Source: a candidate division FCPU426 bacterium
GTDB taxonomy: Bacteria; Oederibacteriota; Muellerivitia; Muellerivitales; Muellerivitaceae
Direction: 5' to 3'
Assembly: GCA_963847625.1 (NCBI GenBank)
Contig: CAWKAR010000057.1
Location: forward strand, 40,722-104,721
Length of the DNA: 64,000 bases
In this document: positions 29,919-41,402 of the stretch, piece by piece
How the letters are laid out: the number at the start of each line of letters is the position of its first letter
Numbering within the stretch: position 1 is the stretch's first letter
Position numbers and translations under genes: made by a program
The notes under the pieces: generated by a model
Databases searched by the model: none
Seen by the model: only the letters and a program-made list of their open reading frames with translations
Told to the model about the DNA's origin: nothing

Positions 29919-30555
29919 GGTCAAGACGTCCGCGCAAGCGGTTAACAACCAAGTGGCCGCTGAAAACCGGGCTTTTTTCAAGGAAAAAGGTCTAGTCACA
30001 TTGAACTTTTTGAGTTCCCCCGGGTCTGGTAAGACCTCGCTTTTGGAGGCCATGGCCAAACGTTACGGTTCCACCCTGGCCGTCATCACTGGCGACATCC
30101 AAATGACCTATGACGCCGACCGCATCCGCGCCGCCGGCAGCCAAGCGGTTCAAATCGAAACCCATGGCACCTGCCACCTGACGGCGGCCATGGTCAAGGC
30201 CAAGCTTCCCGAATTGGATTTAACCCAAACGAGGCTCCTGGTAATCGAAAATATTGGAAACCTGGTTTGTCCCTCTACTTACGACCTGGGGGAGGATTTA
30301 AAAGTGGCTCTTTTGAGCGTGGCGGAAGGCGATGAGAAGCCCATGAAGTACCCCGCTCTTTTCATGAGGGCCGGCGCGGTCGTGCTGACAAAAGCCGATC
30401 TTTTACCCTACGTTGATTTCAATACCAATCGAGTCCAAAGTGATTGCCGTAAACTCAATCCCCAATTCCATTTTTTTTCCACATCCTGTAAGACCGGCGA
30501 CGGCCTGGACGACTGGTTCTCTTTTCTCCTAGCCCTCCAACCGACGTTGCGTTGA
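29902..30555 (+). CDS. hypB: Hydrogenase nickel incorporation GTPase
   Basis: SSPGSGKT, CHL, ENIGNLVCP, EGDEKPMKYP. Confidence 0.94.
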   Translation: MTEKIEVKTSAQAVNNQVAAENRAFFKEKGLVTLNFLSSPGSGKTSLLEAMAKRYGSTLAVITGDIQMTYDADRIRAAGSQAVQIETHGTCHLTAAMVKAKLPELDLTQTRLLVIENIGNLVCPSTYDLGEDLKVALLSVAEGDEKPMKYPALFMRAGAVVLTKADLLPYVDFNTNRVQSDCRKLNPQFHFFSTSCKTGDGLDDWFSFLLALQPTLR

Positions 30556-30809
30556 ATATTCGCACTCCGCAATCTCATTTTCCTTTGGCCGCGAATTCAA
30601 CCTATTTGCGCATTGAATTGAATGGTTCAGTTCAGGTGCAAAACTTCTAAATCGATTTTTTTACTCAACAAAAGCAGTGACTGTTTTTTAAATAAACTTG
30701 TGCCTTATATTCCGGAACGCTACTATGAGTCGTCTTTTTCGAGTGTCGGCCTTCGAGAAAACTTTAAAAGCCAGGAAATATTGAGGTTCTGGTTCCGGGA
30801 GCGCTAGAC

Positions 30810-31625
30810 TTGCAATCATCCATTTTTTTCTATCTAAGCCGGCTTTTCCCCGGCTTTATGGTTTTCGCCTTCGGTTTGGCGATTGGAAGCTTTTTAAATG
30901 TCTGTATCCTGCGCATTCCCGCCGGCCGGTCCATCATCCTTCCCTCCTCCCATTGTCCCCGTTGCAAGAAACCCCTGAGGTGGAGGGACAACATTCCAGT
31001 GGTTAGTTTTATCCTCTTGAGAGGCCGGTGCCGCAATTGCCACAAGGCCATCTCCTGGCAATACCCGCTGGTAGAGGCCCTGACGGGCTTCCTCGTCCTC
31101 TCGGCTTACATTAAATTCAATTCTTTCCCATTGTATTTGGCCGCCTCGGAAGTTTTAGTGATCATGTCCATCCTCATTTCCGCGATCGACCTCAGGACTT
31201 ATACGATCCCGAACAAAATTATTTTTCCTTTTTTCTGTTCGGCCGTTTGTTTCGCGCCGTTCAATCCGTTATTAGGCGATCATTGGATCGCGCGTTCGGG
31301 ATCAGCTTTATTAGGATTCATTACGGGCGGGGGTATTTTGTTTCTAATGGCGTGGTTGGGTGAAAAATTTTTGAAGCAGGAGGCCATGGGCGGCGGTGAC
31401 ATCAAACTTTTAGCTTCATTCGGAGTCTTCGTTGGCTGGGAGAGGGTGATCGATGGATTGTTCCTGGGTTCCTTCTCCGCCGGGCTGTTAGGCCTGTCTC
31501 TTTTGATGATGGGCCGTTTAAAACCCAAATCCCCCATTCCATTCGGACCGTTTCTTTGTGCCGGTTGTCTTGCGGCGGTATTTTTCGTAAAACTTCGGCT
31601 GATGGTTTGGGTTTTTACACCCTGA
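30810..31625 (+). CDS. pilD: Prepilin peptidase (A24)
   Basis: GSFLNVCI.RIP, SHCPRC, GRCRNC, MGGGDIKL, IPFGPFL. Confidence 0.93.
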   Translation: MQSSIFFYLSRLFPGFMVFAFGLAIGSFLNVCILRIPAGRSIILPSSHCPRCKKPLRWRDNIPVVSFILLRGRCRNCHKAISWQYPLVEALTGFLVLSAYIKFNSFPLYLAASEVLVIMSILISAIDLRTYTIPNKIIFPFFCSAVCFAPFNPLLGDHWIARSGSALLGFITGGGILFLMAWLGEKFLKQEAMGGGDIKLLASFGVFVGWERVIDGLFLGSFSAGLLGLSLLMMGRLKPKSPIPFGPFLCAGCLAAVFFVKLRLMVWVFTP

Positions 31626-31706
31626 AAACAGCATTGATGGAATGACGAATCGGTAATTTCTGATAACGAGGACTCCGGGAAATGGTGCTTTCCAACTCGG
31701 GTTTTT

Positions 31707-32528
31707 TTAATCTTTTTTCAGGCCTAGGTCCTTGACGACCTGTTCGATAATGTCCGCGTCGATCGTTTCCCTTTTCAAAAGATAACCCTCCAGCATGGAG
31801 TTGTCGCAGGTGGTATTGATCAAGCGGGGGATACCCTTCGTGTAATCGAAAATCTTTTGGTATGCGTTGTTTGTAAATAAATCCTTGGTACAACCCGCGA
31901 CACTTAAGCGATGCCGGATATATTGTTCGGTGGTTTCTCGAGTGAGGGATTTGATGTAAATTTTCATGGCTACTCTTTGGAAAAGAGGGGGATCCAAGGC
32001 AAGGTATTTTTCCAATTCAGGCAAGCCTAATAGGACAAAGGAAATAAGTTTACGGCCGGGCACTTCCAGATTTAAAAGTCCCCGGAACTCCTCGAAAATC
32101 TCCTTTTTCTGGAGCATGTTGGCTTCGTCAATCACCACCACCGCCTTGCGGCCCTCCTCGTAGATTTTCATGAGCCTTTCATACAACTGGGAAATGATTT
32201 GGGCCTTGGTATCGCTCGGATTTTCCACCCCTAATTGATGAGCTATTTTTTTCAGCATCCATTCGGCGGTAATCTCACTGTGGACGATCACAAGAAGGGT
32301 AGCTTCGTATTGCGGGTCCTGTTCCAGCATTTCCAGGGCCTTGCGGGCGAGCAGAGTTTTTCCCGTGCCGATGTCCCCCACCACAACCGTCAGGCCCTTC
32401 ATGGTGTCCACGGCGTGTAACATCCGGACCATGGCTTCAGAGTGCTGGCTGCTTTCATAATAAAAACGGCTGTCGGGAGCGTTGGAAAACGCTTGCTCTT
32501 TCAAGCCGTAGAAGTTTTCGTAACTCAT
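31707..32528 (-). CDS. ExeA/GspA-like AAA ATPase
   Basis: YENFYGLKEQAFSNAPD, GDIGTGKT, VIDEAN, GIPRLINTTCD. Confidence 0.88.
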   Translation of the reverse strand: MSYENFYGLKEQAFSNAPDSRFYYESSQHSEAMVRMLHAVDTMKGLTVVVGDIGTGKTLLARKALEMLEQDPQYEATLLVIVHSEITAEWMLKKIAHQLGVENPSDTKAQIISQLYERLMKIYEEGRKAVVVIDEANMLQKKEIFEEFRGLLNLEVPGRKLISFVLLGLPELEKYLALDPPLFQRVAMKIYIKSLTRETTEQYIRHRLSVAGCTKDLFTNNAYQKIFDYTKGIPRLINTTCDNSMLEGYLLKRETIDADIIEQVVKDLGLKKD

Positions 32529-32749
32529 TCCGGTTCTCTTTCACAAGATTCCCGACTCTCAAACCCTTTTCTATCTGGCCGGGAAATGGGCTTTCTCGTC
32601 AGGGTCATCCCATCGAAGGAGGAAATTAATAACGGCAATATCATCAAACGCCTAAACCCTTGGGAAATCTGAATGCATTCAAAATAAAAGTATTCCTTTG
32701 ACTTTTGGGGAATTGGAATACCGGAATCAAAGGGCAACCTACAACCAAA

Positions 32750-35221
32750 TCAAACGTAGCCTACCCTATTTGACTTCTTTTTGCCACCCGAATTTCTTTC
32801 CGGCGGAGGTCCGGAATTGGAATTAACCGGTGGAGCCGCGGCGCTTTTGGGTTTGGGAACCGTTTCGGAAGGGGTGGAAACCTCATTTGATTTCAACTTG
32901 ATGCGGCTTTCAACATCTTTCAATTTTTTCGCGGCCTCGAAGTTGTCGGGTTCCATCTGTAAAATACGCTTGTAGATCTTGAAGGCCTCTTCCAGAAGTC
33001 CTTGACGAGCGTAGATATCCGCCACGGCAATGGTCATGAACTCGTCCTTACCTTCCTCCACCAGGCTGTCGCTTTTAGAGGAAGGCTCCCCGTGGAAACT
33101 CTTCAGGTTGCCGATGGGTGCATTTTTACGGGCATTTTTCTCCGACTCCTCCCGGTTTCTTCGTTCGGTTTCTTCACGTCCAATCCGCTGGGCTTCTTCC
33201 CGGGCCTTTCGTTGAACCTCTTCACGCGCTTTTTGCTCGATTTCCTCACGCACCCGGTTTTCGGCTTCCACGCGCATTGTTTTCTGTTCTTCTTCCCGAA
33301 CTTTTCTTTCGGCATCCTCGCGCATTACTTTCTGTTCTTCTTCCCGAACTTTTCTTTCGGTTTCTTCCTTGGATTTTCTTTCCATTTCCAGCCGAATCCT
33401 GACTTCGGCTTCGACCCTGGCCTTCTGTTCCATTTCCATGTGGAGTCGTTTGGCCTCCTCTTGGGCCTTTTTCTCCATCTCGACGTGGATTCGTTTATCT
33501 TCTTCTTCCTTTACTTTTTTCTCGGCTTCAAGGGCGCCGATGACGTCTTCGCCAGTCTTGACATAAGCGGTATAAGCCTGATTCAACTTTTCTTTGATAC
33601 CTGTTTCTTCCGGATGAGCTTCCGCTAACCGCTGGTATATTTCAATCGCCTCTTCCACCATTTCTTGTTTTACGTAGTTATCTGCGATCGAAAGTTCCGC
33701 CTTCCAATCGTCGGCGGCGTCTAACTCCATCACGGATGGTTTATTCGATGCATGCGGAGGGGGGCTTACCTGCTGCGCCGGGACTTGTTTAGGCACAACA
33801 GGTTGAGCGACATCCGTTTCTTGTTCCAAGTCCAAAACATCCGCTTTTGAAATCTTCGCGGGAGTGTGAGCCGCTGGAGGGGGTGCCGCGTGTTTTTCCT
33901 CGGCCGGCGTGGCTTTAGCCACAACCTCCCCCATCACGCGCTTTTGGGCTTCAGTGTGTGACGGATTCAACTCCAATGTTTTTTTCAAACAGTCCTCGGC
34001 TTGGGCCTTTTTTTCCTGTTTATCATAAGCCATGGCCGCCTTGAAATACGCTTCTGCGGCCCCCTTCTGATCCCCATCCAGGACCAATAGCGCGCCCAGC
34101 TTCACTTCCGGTACAGGATCAGACTCGTTCAAGGAAACTAGGTATCTGGCGAACTCAATGGTTTTCTTCGTATCCTTCTTCGCCTCATACCGATCCATCA
34201 ACAGGTTCAGGGTATGGATGGCGTCGCTCTTGGCTCCCTTTTTGAGGGAAAGTTCGACGGATACCTCCAGCGCCATGAGGTTGTCCTTCTCCTGCTTCAA
34301 TGCTTTTTGGATGCATTCCGCCGCTTTATCAACCTGGTTTTGCTCCAAATATACTTTGCCCAAATGGGTCAGTGCTCCGACATGATTGACCTTGAAGCGA
34401 AGCAGGTTTTCAAATTCAACCTTGGCTTCAGAATATTGCTGCTTTTTGAAATAAACCACTCCCAAGATGTAATGGGCTTCAATGCTTTTAAACTCAACGG
34501 CCTTTTGAGAGTATTGAGCCGCCTGTTCCATATCGTTCTGGTTTAAGGCAAGTTCGGCAATGATGAGGAATTCCTTTTTCGCGTCGCTTTCCGAGCCCTG
34601 CTTGATATAAATTTGCGCGAGGTTCGCGCGGGCATCGATGTTATTGGGTTCCAGCTGGACGACTTTCTGAAACATTTCCTGGGCTTTCTTATAAAGCCGG
34701 TTTTTCAGGAAAACCTCGCCCAGGACCAAATATTCCTTCACGGCTTCCTGGAAACGGCCGTTTTTTTCAAAAAGATCCCCCAGCTTGGAATAAGCCGACA
34801 GGTTGTCCGGATCCAACTTGATGACTTCGCTCAAGGCCCCGATGGCTGAATCCATATCGCCATGTTCCATGGCGTTCTCGGCCCTAAAGGTTTGTTTGAT
34901 GAGGCTTTGTTTTTTCTGAGCGTCGGAAGGGAGCAGGCTGGGATCAAGGGAAGCTATTTTTTTGTTAACAATGCCGACTTTCTCAGTTTGGCCGCGCGAA
35001 GAAAGGTCCGTGGAAACCCGGTTATACTCCTCAAAAGCCTCGCGGATGGCGCCTTTCTTGACGTATACGTCCCCCAACATATTGTGGGCGTTGATATCAT
35101 CGGGATCCAAAGCTATCAGTTTTTTGTATTCTTCAATAGCCTTGTCCCAACGGCCTTCTTGGAAATAAATATAGGCCATTTTAACGATATTTTTTTTATC
35201 GCCACTTCCCGGATCTGCCAT
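32750..35221 (-). CDS. Large TPR-repeat protein with E/K/R-rich coiled coil
   Basis: Multiple TPR motifs; ERKVREEEQK repeats; C-terminal TIAVADIYARQG motif. Confidence 0.85.
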   Translation of the reverse strand: MADPGSGDKKNIVKMAYIYFQEGRWDKAIEEYKKLIALDPDDINAHNMLGDVYVKKGAIREAFEEYNRVSTDLSSRGQTEKVGIVNKKIASLDPSLLPSDAQKKQSLIKQTFRAENAMEHGDMDSAIGALSEVIKLDPDNLSAYSKLGDLFEKNGRFQEAVKEYLVLGEVFLKNRLYKKAQEMFQKVVQLEPNNIDARANLAQIYIKQGSESDAKKEFLIIAELALNQNDMEQAAQYSQKAVEFKSIEAHYILGVVYFKKQQYSEAKVEFENLLRFKVNHVGALTHLGKVYLEQNQVDKAAECIQKALKQEKDNLMALEVSVELSLKKGAKSDAIHTLNLLMDRYEAKKDTKKTIEFARYLVSLNESDPVPEVKLGALLVLDGDQKGAAEAYFKAAMAYDKQEKKAQAEDCLKKTLELNPSHTEAQKRVMGEVVAKATPAEEKHAAPPPAAHTPAKISKADVLDLEQETDVAQPVVPKQVPAQQVSPPPHASNKPSVMELDAADDWKAELSIADNYVKQEMVEEAIEIYQRLAEAHPEETGIKEKLNQAYTAYVKTGEDVIGALEAEKKVKEEEDKRIHVEMEKKAQEEAKRLHMEMEQKARVEAEVRIRLEMERKSKEETERKVREEEQKVMREDAERKVREEEQKTMRVEAENRVREEIEQKAREEVQRKAREEAQRIGREETERRNREESEKNARKNAPIGNLKSFHGEPSSKSDSLVEEGKDEFMTIAVADIYARQGLLEEAFKIYKRILQMEPDNFEAAKKLKDVESRIKLKSNEVSTPSETVPKPKSAAAPPVNSNSGPPPERNSGGKKKSNRVGYV

Positions 35222-35573
35222 AAAACCCCTGACTTTTTATCCTGCGGTAAAACATCCGGAAACCCAAACCCTTGCGGGATAGGGGTTTTTCGATGGATAC
35301 CGCCAATCTTCCTTTTTTACTATAACATTGCCCTATGCAAATCGCAATGAAATGGGGCCTTTTACATGACTTTTCACCCCGACAAGAGGTTTTAAGACGT
35401 TTAACTTATCAATGGCTTTTGCCAGAGCATATCCTTGATGGGATGATTGGAGAAGGCATCCGGGGCTTTTCCGAAGGATGGTTTGAAAGGTATCGTATTT
35501 TTAATCAACCGATTATTTAAGGGGTAATTTATGAATGGCAGCCCAAACTAAAGACATTTTCTGAAAAAAATAA

Positions 35574-37394
35574 TTAATGGGATATTTTGGCTGAAACTTC
35601 CCTACTATGTCCAATCCAGGCCCCGTTCTTGTCCAAATTGACCACGATAAACAAGTACTCCTGGCCTTTCTCGAACCCTTTCAGCAAGTTCTTCGGCAAT
35701 TGGGTGTTCAATTTCCCTACAGACTCGAAAACATGTTCGGGGGATCGCGACACCAAAAGCATCGAACCCGCGGCATGGCTGTGTTCCCACTCCATCAGGA
35801 CTTTCCCCTCTTTTTGTGCAGTTGTCGAGACCTGGACTTTCGGATGGGTTTTCAGAATTGCCTCGTCCTTGGACCCGGAGTTCCAGATATAGGAACCGAC
35901 GGTTTTTTCGGTTTCATCCTGGGCATTCACGGCAGTGACGATCCACTCCGATCCTTTCCAATCCAATAGATCGTTCACCCAAAGAACATTCCCTTTTTTT
36001 GGCCGGTCGGTCAGCTTTTCCAATCGGCCTTCGGGGGATTTCCGGTAAAGGAGGTATCCTTTGACCGGATATCCCGCAATTGGTTCCCAGGACAACCGCA
36101 GTCCTACTTCGTCCACCTGGCCCTGGACGGACCCGGAAACCACCTGCTGCATTTTTTCAAGCTCCCCTTGGGAACGGGTCGCCGATGAAGCCGTTGATGG
36201 ATTTTCATTGTAAGTCTTCAAGTACGCCGTGTTGGAGGGCATGCTCCTGCCCCCGCCTTTTCCCACCGCAACGACCTCGGCTTTGTAGAGAACGCCTTCT
36301 TTCAAATGCTTCAAGACTACGGGGGAATTGGGGATATTGTCGAAAACCCTGGCCTTGCCATCCTCCAAGAGAACCACGGTCAAATCATAATGATCCACCG
36401 GCCCCTTGGGTCCGATCCAGGAAGCCACTGCGCCTTGGGGACTGGTGCGAAAAGTCAAAAGACGGGGAGGATTGAATTCCCCGCCGGAAATCCAAGGGCC
36501 TTCCCATCGGTACAAACCCGAGACCCGGTTAGTAGCTCCCAATTGGTCGAAGGGCTGGTAGGCGTAATCCACTTCCAACCCGTAAAGCTGGAGTCCCGCG
36601 CCCGCTGTGAACCCTTCCGAAGTTGTGCCGGCCAGGTATCCTGCCCGCAACGCGCAAAGGTCTTTATACCAATATTCCATTCCAAACCCGAAGCGCGGGA
36701 GCTGGCTGGAAGCCAGGGCCACGTTGGTTTCACAGGCGATATCCAATGAATGCTCCGAATATTCCAAAGCGCGCCATGCCGCCCCCAACTTCAGGTTGGA
36801 GGGAAGGGATTCCCCGCTGGAAAAATCGATGGAAGGACCCATGTTCAGTAAACTTCCGGCGAATGAGAGGCGGGTCAAGGGTCTCAAACGAATTCCCAAG
36901 TCCGCCGCCCAAGTTTTCCCGCTCACGGTGCCAACATTCCGGTAAATGTATTTCAACGCCGCGCCCGCCTGGAAGATGCCCCAAGCATCTCCCCACCCCG
37001 CCGTCAGAGCGCCTTCCGAGTCCGTGCCCGGGGCCGCCAATGAGTTCACGGTGCTGTTGAAAGGCTGCACACCCAGACCTAAATAACTCAGCCCCAGGGT
37101 GCCGCCGGGGCCCAAGGGAATCCCTGCCGCCATGAAATCATAGGCGATGTCGGAAAAGAACTGGTAATGGCTGAAGGCGATCTGGGGCAGGCGGAGATTG
37201 CCCAAACCGGCTGGGTTGACCGCCAGGGAATTGATATCGTCCGACAAGGCGCTAAAAGCCTGGCCCATGGCGGCGGGTCTCGCGCCGGTGGTGACATTCA
37301 GAAAATCCGCGCCGGTGGAAAGTCCGCTTCCAGCAACTGGAAACACCGGAACTGAAAAAATTCCAAGCATGAAAAATAGGGTCGATTTTTTCAT
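35574..37394 (-). CDS. PorV/PorQ-like outer-membrane barrel with C-terminal FN3-like domains
   Basis: GADFLNVTTGARPAAMGQAFSALSDDINSLAVNPAGL, ALRAGY, VDYAYQPFDQLG. Confidence 0.8.
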   Translation of the reverse strand: MKKSTLFFMLGIFSVPVFPVAGSGLSTGADFLNVTTGARPAAMGQAFSALSDDINSLAVNPAGLGNLRLPQIAFSHYQFFSDIAYDFMAAGIPLGPGGTLGLSYLGLGVQPFNSTVNSLAAPGTDSEGALTAGWGDAWGIFQAGAALKYIYRNVGTVSGKTWAADLGIRLRPLTRLSFAGSLLNMGPSIDFSSGESLPSNLKLGAAWRALEYSEHSLDIACETNVALASSQLPRFGFGMEYWYKDLCALRAGYLAGTTSEGFTAGAGLQLYGLEVDYAYQPFDQLGATNRVSGLYRWEGPWISGGEFNPPRLLTFRTSPQGAVASWIGPKGPVDHYDLTVVLLEDGKARVFDNIPNSPVVLKHLKEGVLYKAEVVAVGKGGGRSMPSNTAYLKTYNENPSTASSATRSQGELEKMQQVVSGSVQGQVDEVGLRLSWEPIAGYPVKGYLLYRKSPEGRLEKLTDRPKKGNVLWVNDLLDWKGSEWIVTAVNAQDETEKTVGSYIWNSGSKDEAILKTHPKVQVSTTAQKEGKVLMEWEHSHAAGSMLLVSRSPEHVFESVGKLNTQLPKNLLKGFEKGQEYLFIVVNLDKNGAWIGHSREVSAKISH

Positions 37395-39940
37395 CGTTTA
37401 ATCACCAAAACCTTTTTGACCTGTGTTGTTGAATTCGCCTCGTACACCACCAAATAGAGGCCCGTTGAAAGAGGCTGGCCCAGATCGTCGGTTCCATCCC
37501 AATGGAGGGTGTAATAACCCGGGGTCTGGTTGGCATTCGCCAACCCGCGCATTTTTTGTCCGATATCGTTGAAAACATCCAATTGGACTCGTCCACCTTG
37601 AACAACTTCGTAATGGATGTCCAAAGGAGGGCCCGATTGGGAATTCATTTGATTGGCGCTTAAAAAGAAGGAACCGCCGGGTGTTGCCGTGGGGGTGCTG
37701 GTATATCCCCACAGGTTGGTGGGAGTGGAAGTCGGCGTCGGGGTGGGTGTTTTCGAAGATGTCGCGGTCATGGTGTTGCTGGGTGTTGATGTCAGAGTGG
37801 GCGTTGCGGTAAGAGTCCGTGTCGGCGTCAAAGTGGCTGTCGAACTGGGCGTCCGAGTCAAAGTCGGGGTGATAGTCGGTGTCAGGGTGATCGTCGGCGT
37901 GTTCGTTTTCGTCGGGGTATTGGTGGGTGTCCAGGTTGGAACCCCTGTCGGCCAGGGCGTTGGACTGTTGGTGTTGGTGGGAGTGTCCGTGGATGTCAAG
38001 GTCGGGGTGGCTGTCGAACTGGGTGTCAGAGTCCAAGTCGGGGTGATAGTCGGTGTCAGGGTGATCGTCGGCGTGTTCGTTTCCGTCGGTGTATCGGTAA
38101 CGGTCGGGGTATTGGTGAGTGTCCATGTTGGAACCCCTGTCGGCCAGGGCGTTGGACTATTGGTGTTGGTGGGAGTGTCCGTGGATGTCAAGGTCGGGGT
38201 GGCTGTCGAACTGGGTGTCAGAGTCCAAGTCGGGGTGACAGTCGATGTCAGGGTGATCGTCGGTGTGTTCGTTTCCGTCGGTGTATCGGTAACGGTCGGG
38301 GTATTGGTGGGTGTCCATGTTGGAACCCCTGTCGGCCAGGGCGTTGGACTATTGGTGTTGGTGGGAGTGTCCGTGGATGTCAAGGTCGGGGTGGCTGTCG
38401 AACTGGGTGTCAGAGTCCAAGTCGGGGTGATAGTCGGTGTCAGGGTGATTGTCGGTGTGTTCGTTTCCGTCGGTGTATCGGTAACGGTCGGGGTATTGGT
38501 GGGTGTCCATGTTGGAACCCCTGTCGGCCAGGGCGTTGGACTATTGGTGTTGGTGGGAGTGTCCGTGTTCGTGGACGTTACTGTAGGTGTATTGCTGGGT
38601 ATGGCAGTGGGAGTAATGGAAAAAGTTGAGGTAAAAGTATAGGTCGGGGTAAAAGAAAAAGTGCTAGTCGAAGTGTTGCTTGGCGCAGGCGTATAGGTAT
38701 TGGTGCCCGGCGGAAGGGTAGGCGTATAGGTATAGGTGGGAGTGTAAGTATAGGTCGCGGTGTTAGTGTAGGTGTTTGTATAGGTCAGCGTTGGGGTATC
38801 CGTCGGAACGGGTAGAGGGGTGTTTGTGCCAGGAGGAAAAGTGGGCGTGGGAGTATCGCTGTAAGTGTTCGTATAGGTGAAGGTGGAGGTGTAAGTTAAA
38901 GTGGATGTAAATACGTAGGTCGGGGTGTAAGTGAAAGTTGAAGTCGGGGTTGCGGTAGAAACAGGGGTATAGGTATTGGTACCCGGAGGAAGTGTGGGCG
39001 TTAAAGAATAGGTGGGTGTGGGGGAATACGAAGGCGTATAGGAAAAAGTTGGTGTACTTGTGTAGGTCGGTGTCGGAGAGTAGGTAGGGGTATAGGATCG
39101 CACAAAAACCGGAGGGCAGGAGAGTTGCCTGAAATAATGCGCCGCGTAAGATTGTCCACAGCCGGCCGTCATTCCATAATAAACGATAGGATTCTCTCCA
39201 AAAATGATGTTAGCGATGTCCTTCGTGTAAGTAATCTTCAAGACACCGTTAAAATAAATAGTCAATGTGGTGGTCGCCGCGGTCCAAACCACGCGCAATG
39301 TTTGGGGCGCGCCGGTCTCGGGAATATTTCCGGCAGCCATGGCCCTAACAGCAGCAGCTCCCGCGTGGGATACCAAACCGTTTTCATCCACCGCTAAATG
39401 GTCGTAATTTGGATCGGTTACGGTGCCGCATCCCGTACTGCTGGATGTATTTTGGTAGGTATCCATTTCAACGCCTACGCTGGGGGAAATGCCGCCGTAA
39501 CCCATGCAATATCCATAGTTGACCCCGGTCGTGCCCGTTCCCTGGGGACTATTCTGGAGCGCGAAAACCATCCCGTCCGCGGGGTTTCCTCCGCCCGCAT
39601 GCAGGAAATGAACCTCAAACGACATGTCGAAATTATTCTGCAAACTGAGCATCCCAGAATTCCAAGCAGCGCCTCCTTGACCCGCAGTATCAGCCGTCAA
39701 AGTGACCATTTGTGAACTGGCATCTATGGTTGCATTTCCGGCAAGATTCCAGCCAATGGATGAGACACAGGGCAGCAAGGTCGGGGTGGGAGTTTGGGCA
39801 TAGCCCGGTTGGGCTGTGACAACGAATATAAAACTTGACGCAGCGATTAATGAAATCGTTGAAAAATATTTCTTCACGAAGCCAGAATGCGGTTCAATGA
39901 TTCTTATTTGATTGTTATCGTTTGGTTCCACTTTTTTCAC
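37391..39940 (-). CDS. Secreted L-type lectin-domain protein with Thr/Pro repeats and a FlgD-Ig-like C-terminal domain
   Basis: [20 protein letters not shown] (legume-lectin-like); C-terminus [16 protein letters not shown]...[18 protein letters not shown]. Confidence 0.8.
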   Translation of the reverse strand: MKKVEPNDNNQIRIIEPHSGFVKKYFSTISLIAASSFIFVVTAQPGYAQTPTPTLLPCVSSIGWNLAGNATIDASSQMVTLTADTAGQGGAAWNSGMLSLQNNFDMSFEVHFLHAGGGNPADGMVFALQNSPQGTGTTGVNYGYCMGYGGISPSVGVEMDTYQNTSSSTGCGTVTDPNYDHLAVDENGLVSHAGAAAVRAMAAGNIPETGAPQTLRVVWTAATTTLTIYFNGVLKITYTKDIANIIFGENPIVYYGMTAGCGQSYAAHYFRQLSCPPVFVRSYTPTYSPTPTYTSTPTFSYTPSYSPTPTYSLTPTLPPGTNTYTPVSTATPTSTFTYTPTYVFTSTLTYTSTFTYTNTYSDTPTPTFPPGTNTPLPVPTDTPTLTYTNTYTNTATYTYTPTYTYTPTLPPGTNTYTPAPSNTSTSTFSFTPTYTFTSTFSITPTAIPSNTPTVTSTNTDTPTNTNSPTPWPTGVPTWTPTNTPTVTDTPTETNTPTITLTPTITPTWTLTPSSTATPTLTSTDTPTNTNSPTPWPTGVPTWTPTNTPTVTDTPTETNTPTITLTSTVTPTWTLTPSSTATPTLTSTDTPTNTNSPTPWPTGVPTWTLTNTPTVTDTPTETNTPTITLTPTITPTWTLTPSSTATPTLTSTDTPTNTNSPTPWPTGVPTWTPTNTPTKTNTPTITLTPTITPTLTRTPSSTATLTPTRTLTATPTLTSTPSNTMTATSSKTPTPTPTSTPTNLWGYTSTPTATPGGSFFLSANQMNSQSGPPLDIHYEVVQGGRVQLDVFNDIGQKMRGLANANQTPGYYTLHWDGTDDLGQPLSTGLYLVVYEANSTTQVKKVLVIKR
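37845..38570 (-). repeat. Near-identical 192-bp (64 aa) intragenic tandem repeat, about 3.7 copies
   Basis: GGAACCCCTGTCGGCCAGGGCGTTGGACT recurs at 37938, 38130, 38322 and 38514. Confidence 0.9.
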
Positions 39941-40523
39941 CTAATAATTCCTCGAAGCGGAAAACGGTTACCTGAAAAAACTAAAAAAAAAATTTCCTTT
40001 TCTTTTACTAGCTAAATAGTTTTATTGCTTGTTTAAAAAGGGTTTTAAACAACTTAAAATTACACTGAGAACTTTAAATGACAATATAATTATAGCACAA
40101 ATAGACGTAATTTCACGTTAAAACGAGCTAATTTAAAAACGTTTTTCCACATAAATTCCATCGTTTTTCGATTTAAGCATTGTAGGACAAAACCTAACAA
40201 ACCTGGATTTTGCCTTAATTGAGAAGCAGTTTTTGGTAAAGAAGAGATCGATCCAGATGCGTCAACGGAATATTCCAACCATCAAGTCGAGAACGGGTAT
40301 TCGACTATGTAAGCAACCAAAAGATGATCAATTTTCTTGGGCTCATTTGATATCGGCTGCACCTGAACCACTACTGAACATTACCGCAAAAAAAATCTGT
40401 CAATATGTAGGGAAATCCCTGTCTGAGGATCTTTAAAATCAAAACATAATAACTATTCAAAAAAATCCAATCCCCCTCGTTATGATAAAATTGTTAATCA
40501 AGGCTATTTTGAAAGGCCAGTAC

Positions 40524-41276
40524 GTGAGAAAACTTCTACTAACCATATTATGTATTGGTTTGATCGCCTCAAGCCTGAATTGTAGAAAAGATTTTCATAC
40601 GTCTCCCATCCCCCCCACTCCAACGGTCACCCCTTCTCCAACGACCACCCCTTCTATTCTTCCCACCCCCATGGGGGTCTTAGGTGGCCCCTCGACACAA
40701 TCCTCAACACTGGGATATCCGCAGGTCTATTGGGCGGTTGACAAAAGCCCCTACGTCACCGGCTACAGCATTTATTACAGCACTGACGCGAGCATCTATA
40801 ACCTTGGAACTACAACGGGTGTCGTTGGAACATACCTCATCGCCACCGATAATACCGCCCCCCCTTTTGACAGGTATTTTTACGTGATCAGCACCGGGAC
40901 GTTGCCAAACAGCCCCACTTCCCGGATCGTACACGCAGTGAGTACCGTTGCCACGGCTTCCAATACCCTGACTCTCTCTATCACGAGCAGTACTACTCCC
41001 ACTTTATCCATCACTGGGGGGGTGGTTGCCGGAGCCGTCCTGAGGGTTTGGACGGTGCAGGACAATTCTTCACCCCCCAAAGTTTATTGGAAATGGGGTG
41101 AGGAAGCGGCCTCTTTGGTCAGTGTGTCTTACGGGTTTTCCGGTTATGGGGTGACTTACGCCCCGGCCCTGACGACTTATTTGGCGGCCCACAGTCACTA
41201 CAATTTAATCGTGGAATCCTACAATGCCGACTATTGGTGTATCGATCAATCCATCCAGGCTTTCACCACGCCCTAA
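40524..41276 (+). CDS. Hypothetical lipoprotein
   Basis: GTG at 40524: MRKLLLTILCIGLIASSLN-C, followed by a PTPT linker. Confidence 0.7.
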   Translation: MRKLLLTILCIGLIASSLNCRKDFHTSPIPPTPTVTPSPTTTPSILPTPMGVLGGPSTQSSTLGYPQVYWAVDKSPYVTGYSIYYSTDASIYNLGTTTGVVGTYLIATDNTAPPFDRYFYVISTGTLPNSPTSRIVHAVSTVATASNTLTLSITSSTTPTLSITGGVVAGAVLRVWTVQDNSSPPKVYWKWGEEAASLVSVSYGFSGYGVTYAPALTTYLAAHSHYNLIVESYNADYWCIDQSIQAFTTP

Positions 41277-41402
41277 ACGACAAAGGGACCAGGTTTATCC
41301 TGATCCCTTGATCTGCCGGTATCACAAAATTGATGAAGCTAAACTGTTGCTATAAACCCCTTTTGCCATTCCCTGTCTGTGGCAGTTCTCAAAACCTCCG
41401 TA

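Noticed and set aside
32525..32737. 70-aa ORF between the ATPase and TPR genes
   Set aside because: No RBS or recognisable motif; cannot be supported.
37653..38642. Val/Gly-rich plus-strand ORFs (also 109..561)
   Set aside because: Antisense shadows of Thr/Pro repeat coding sequence.
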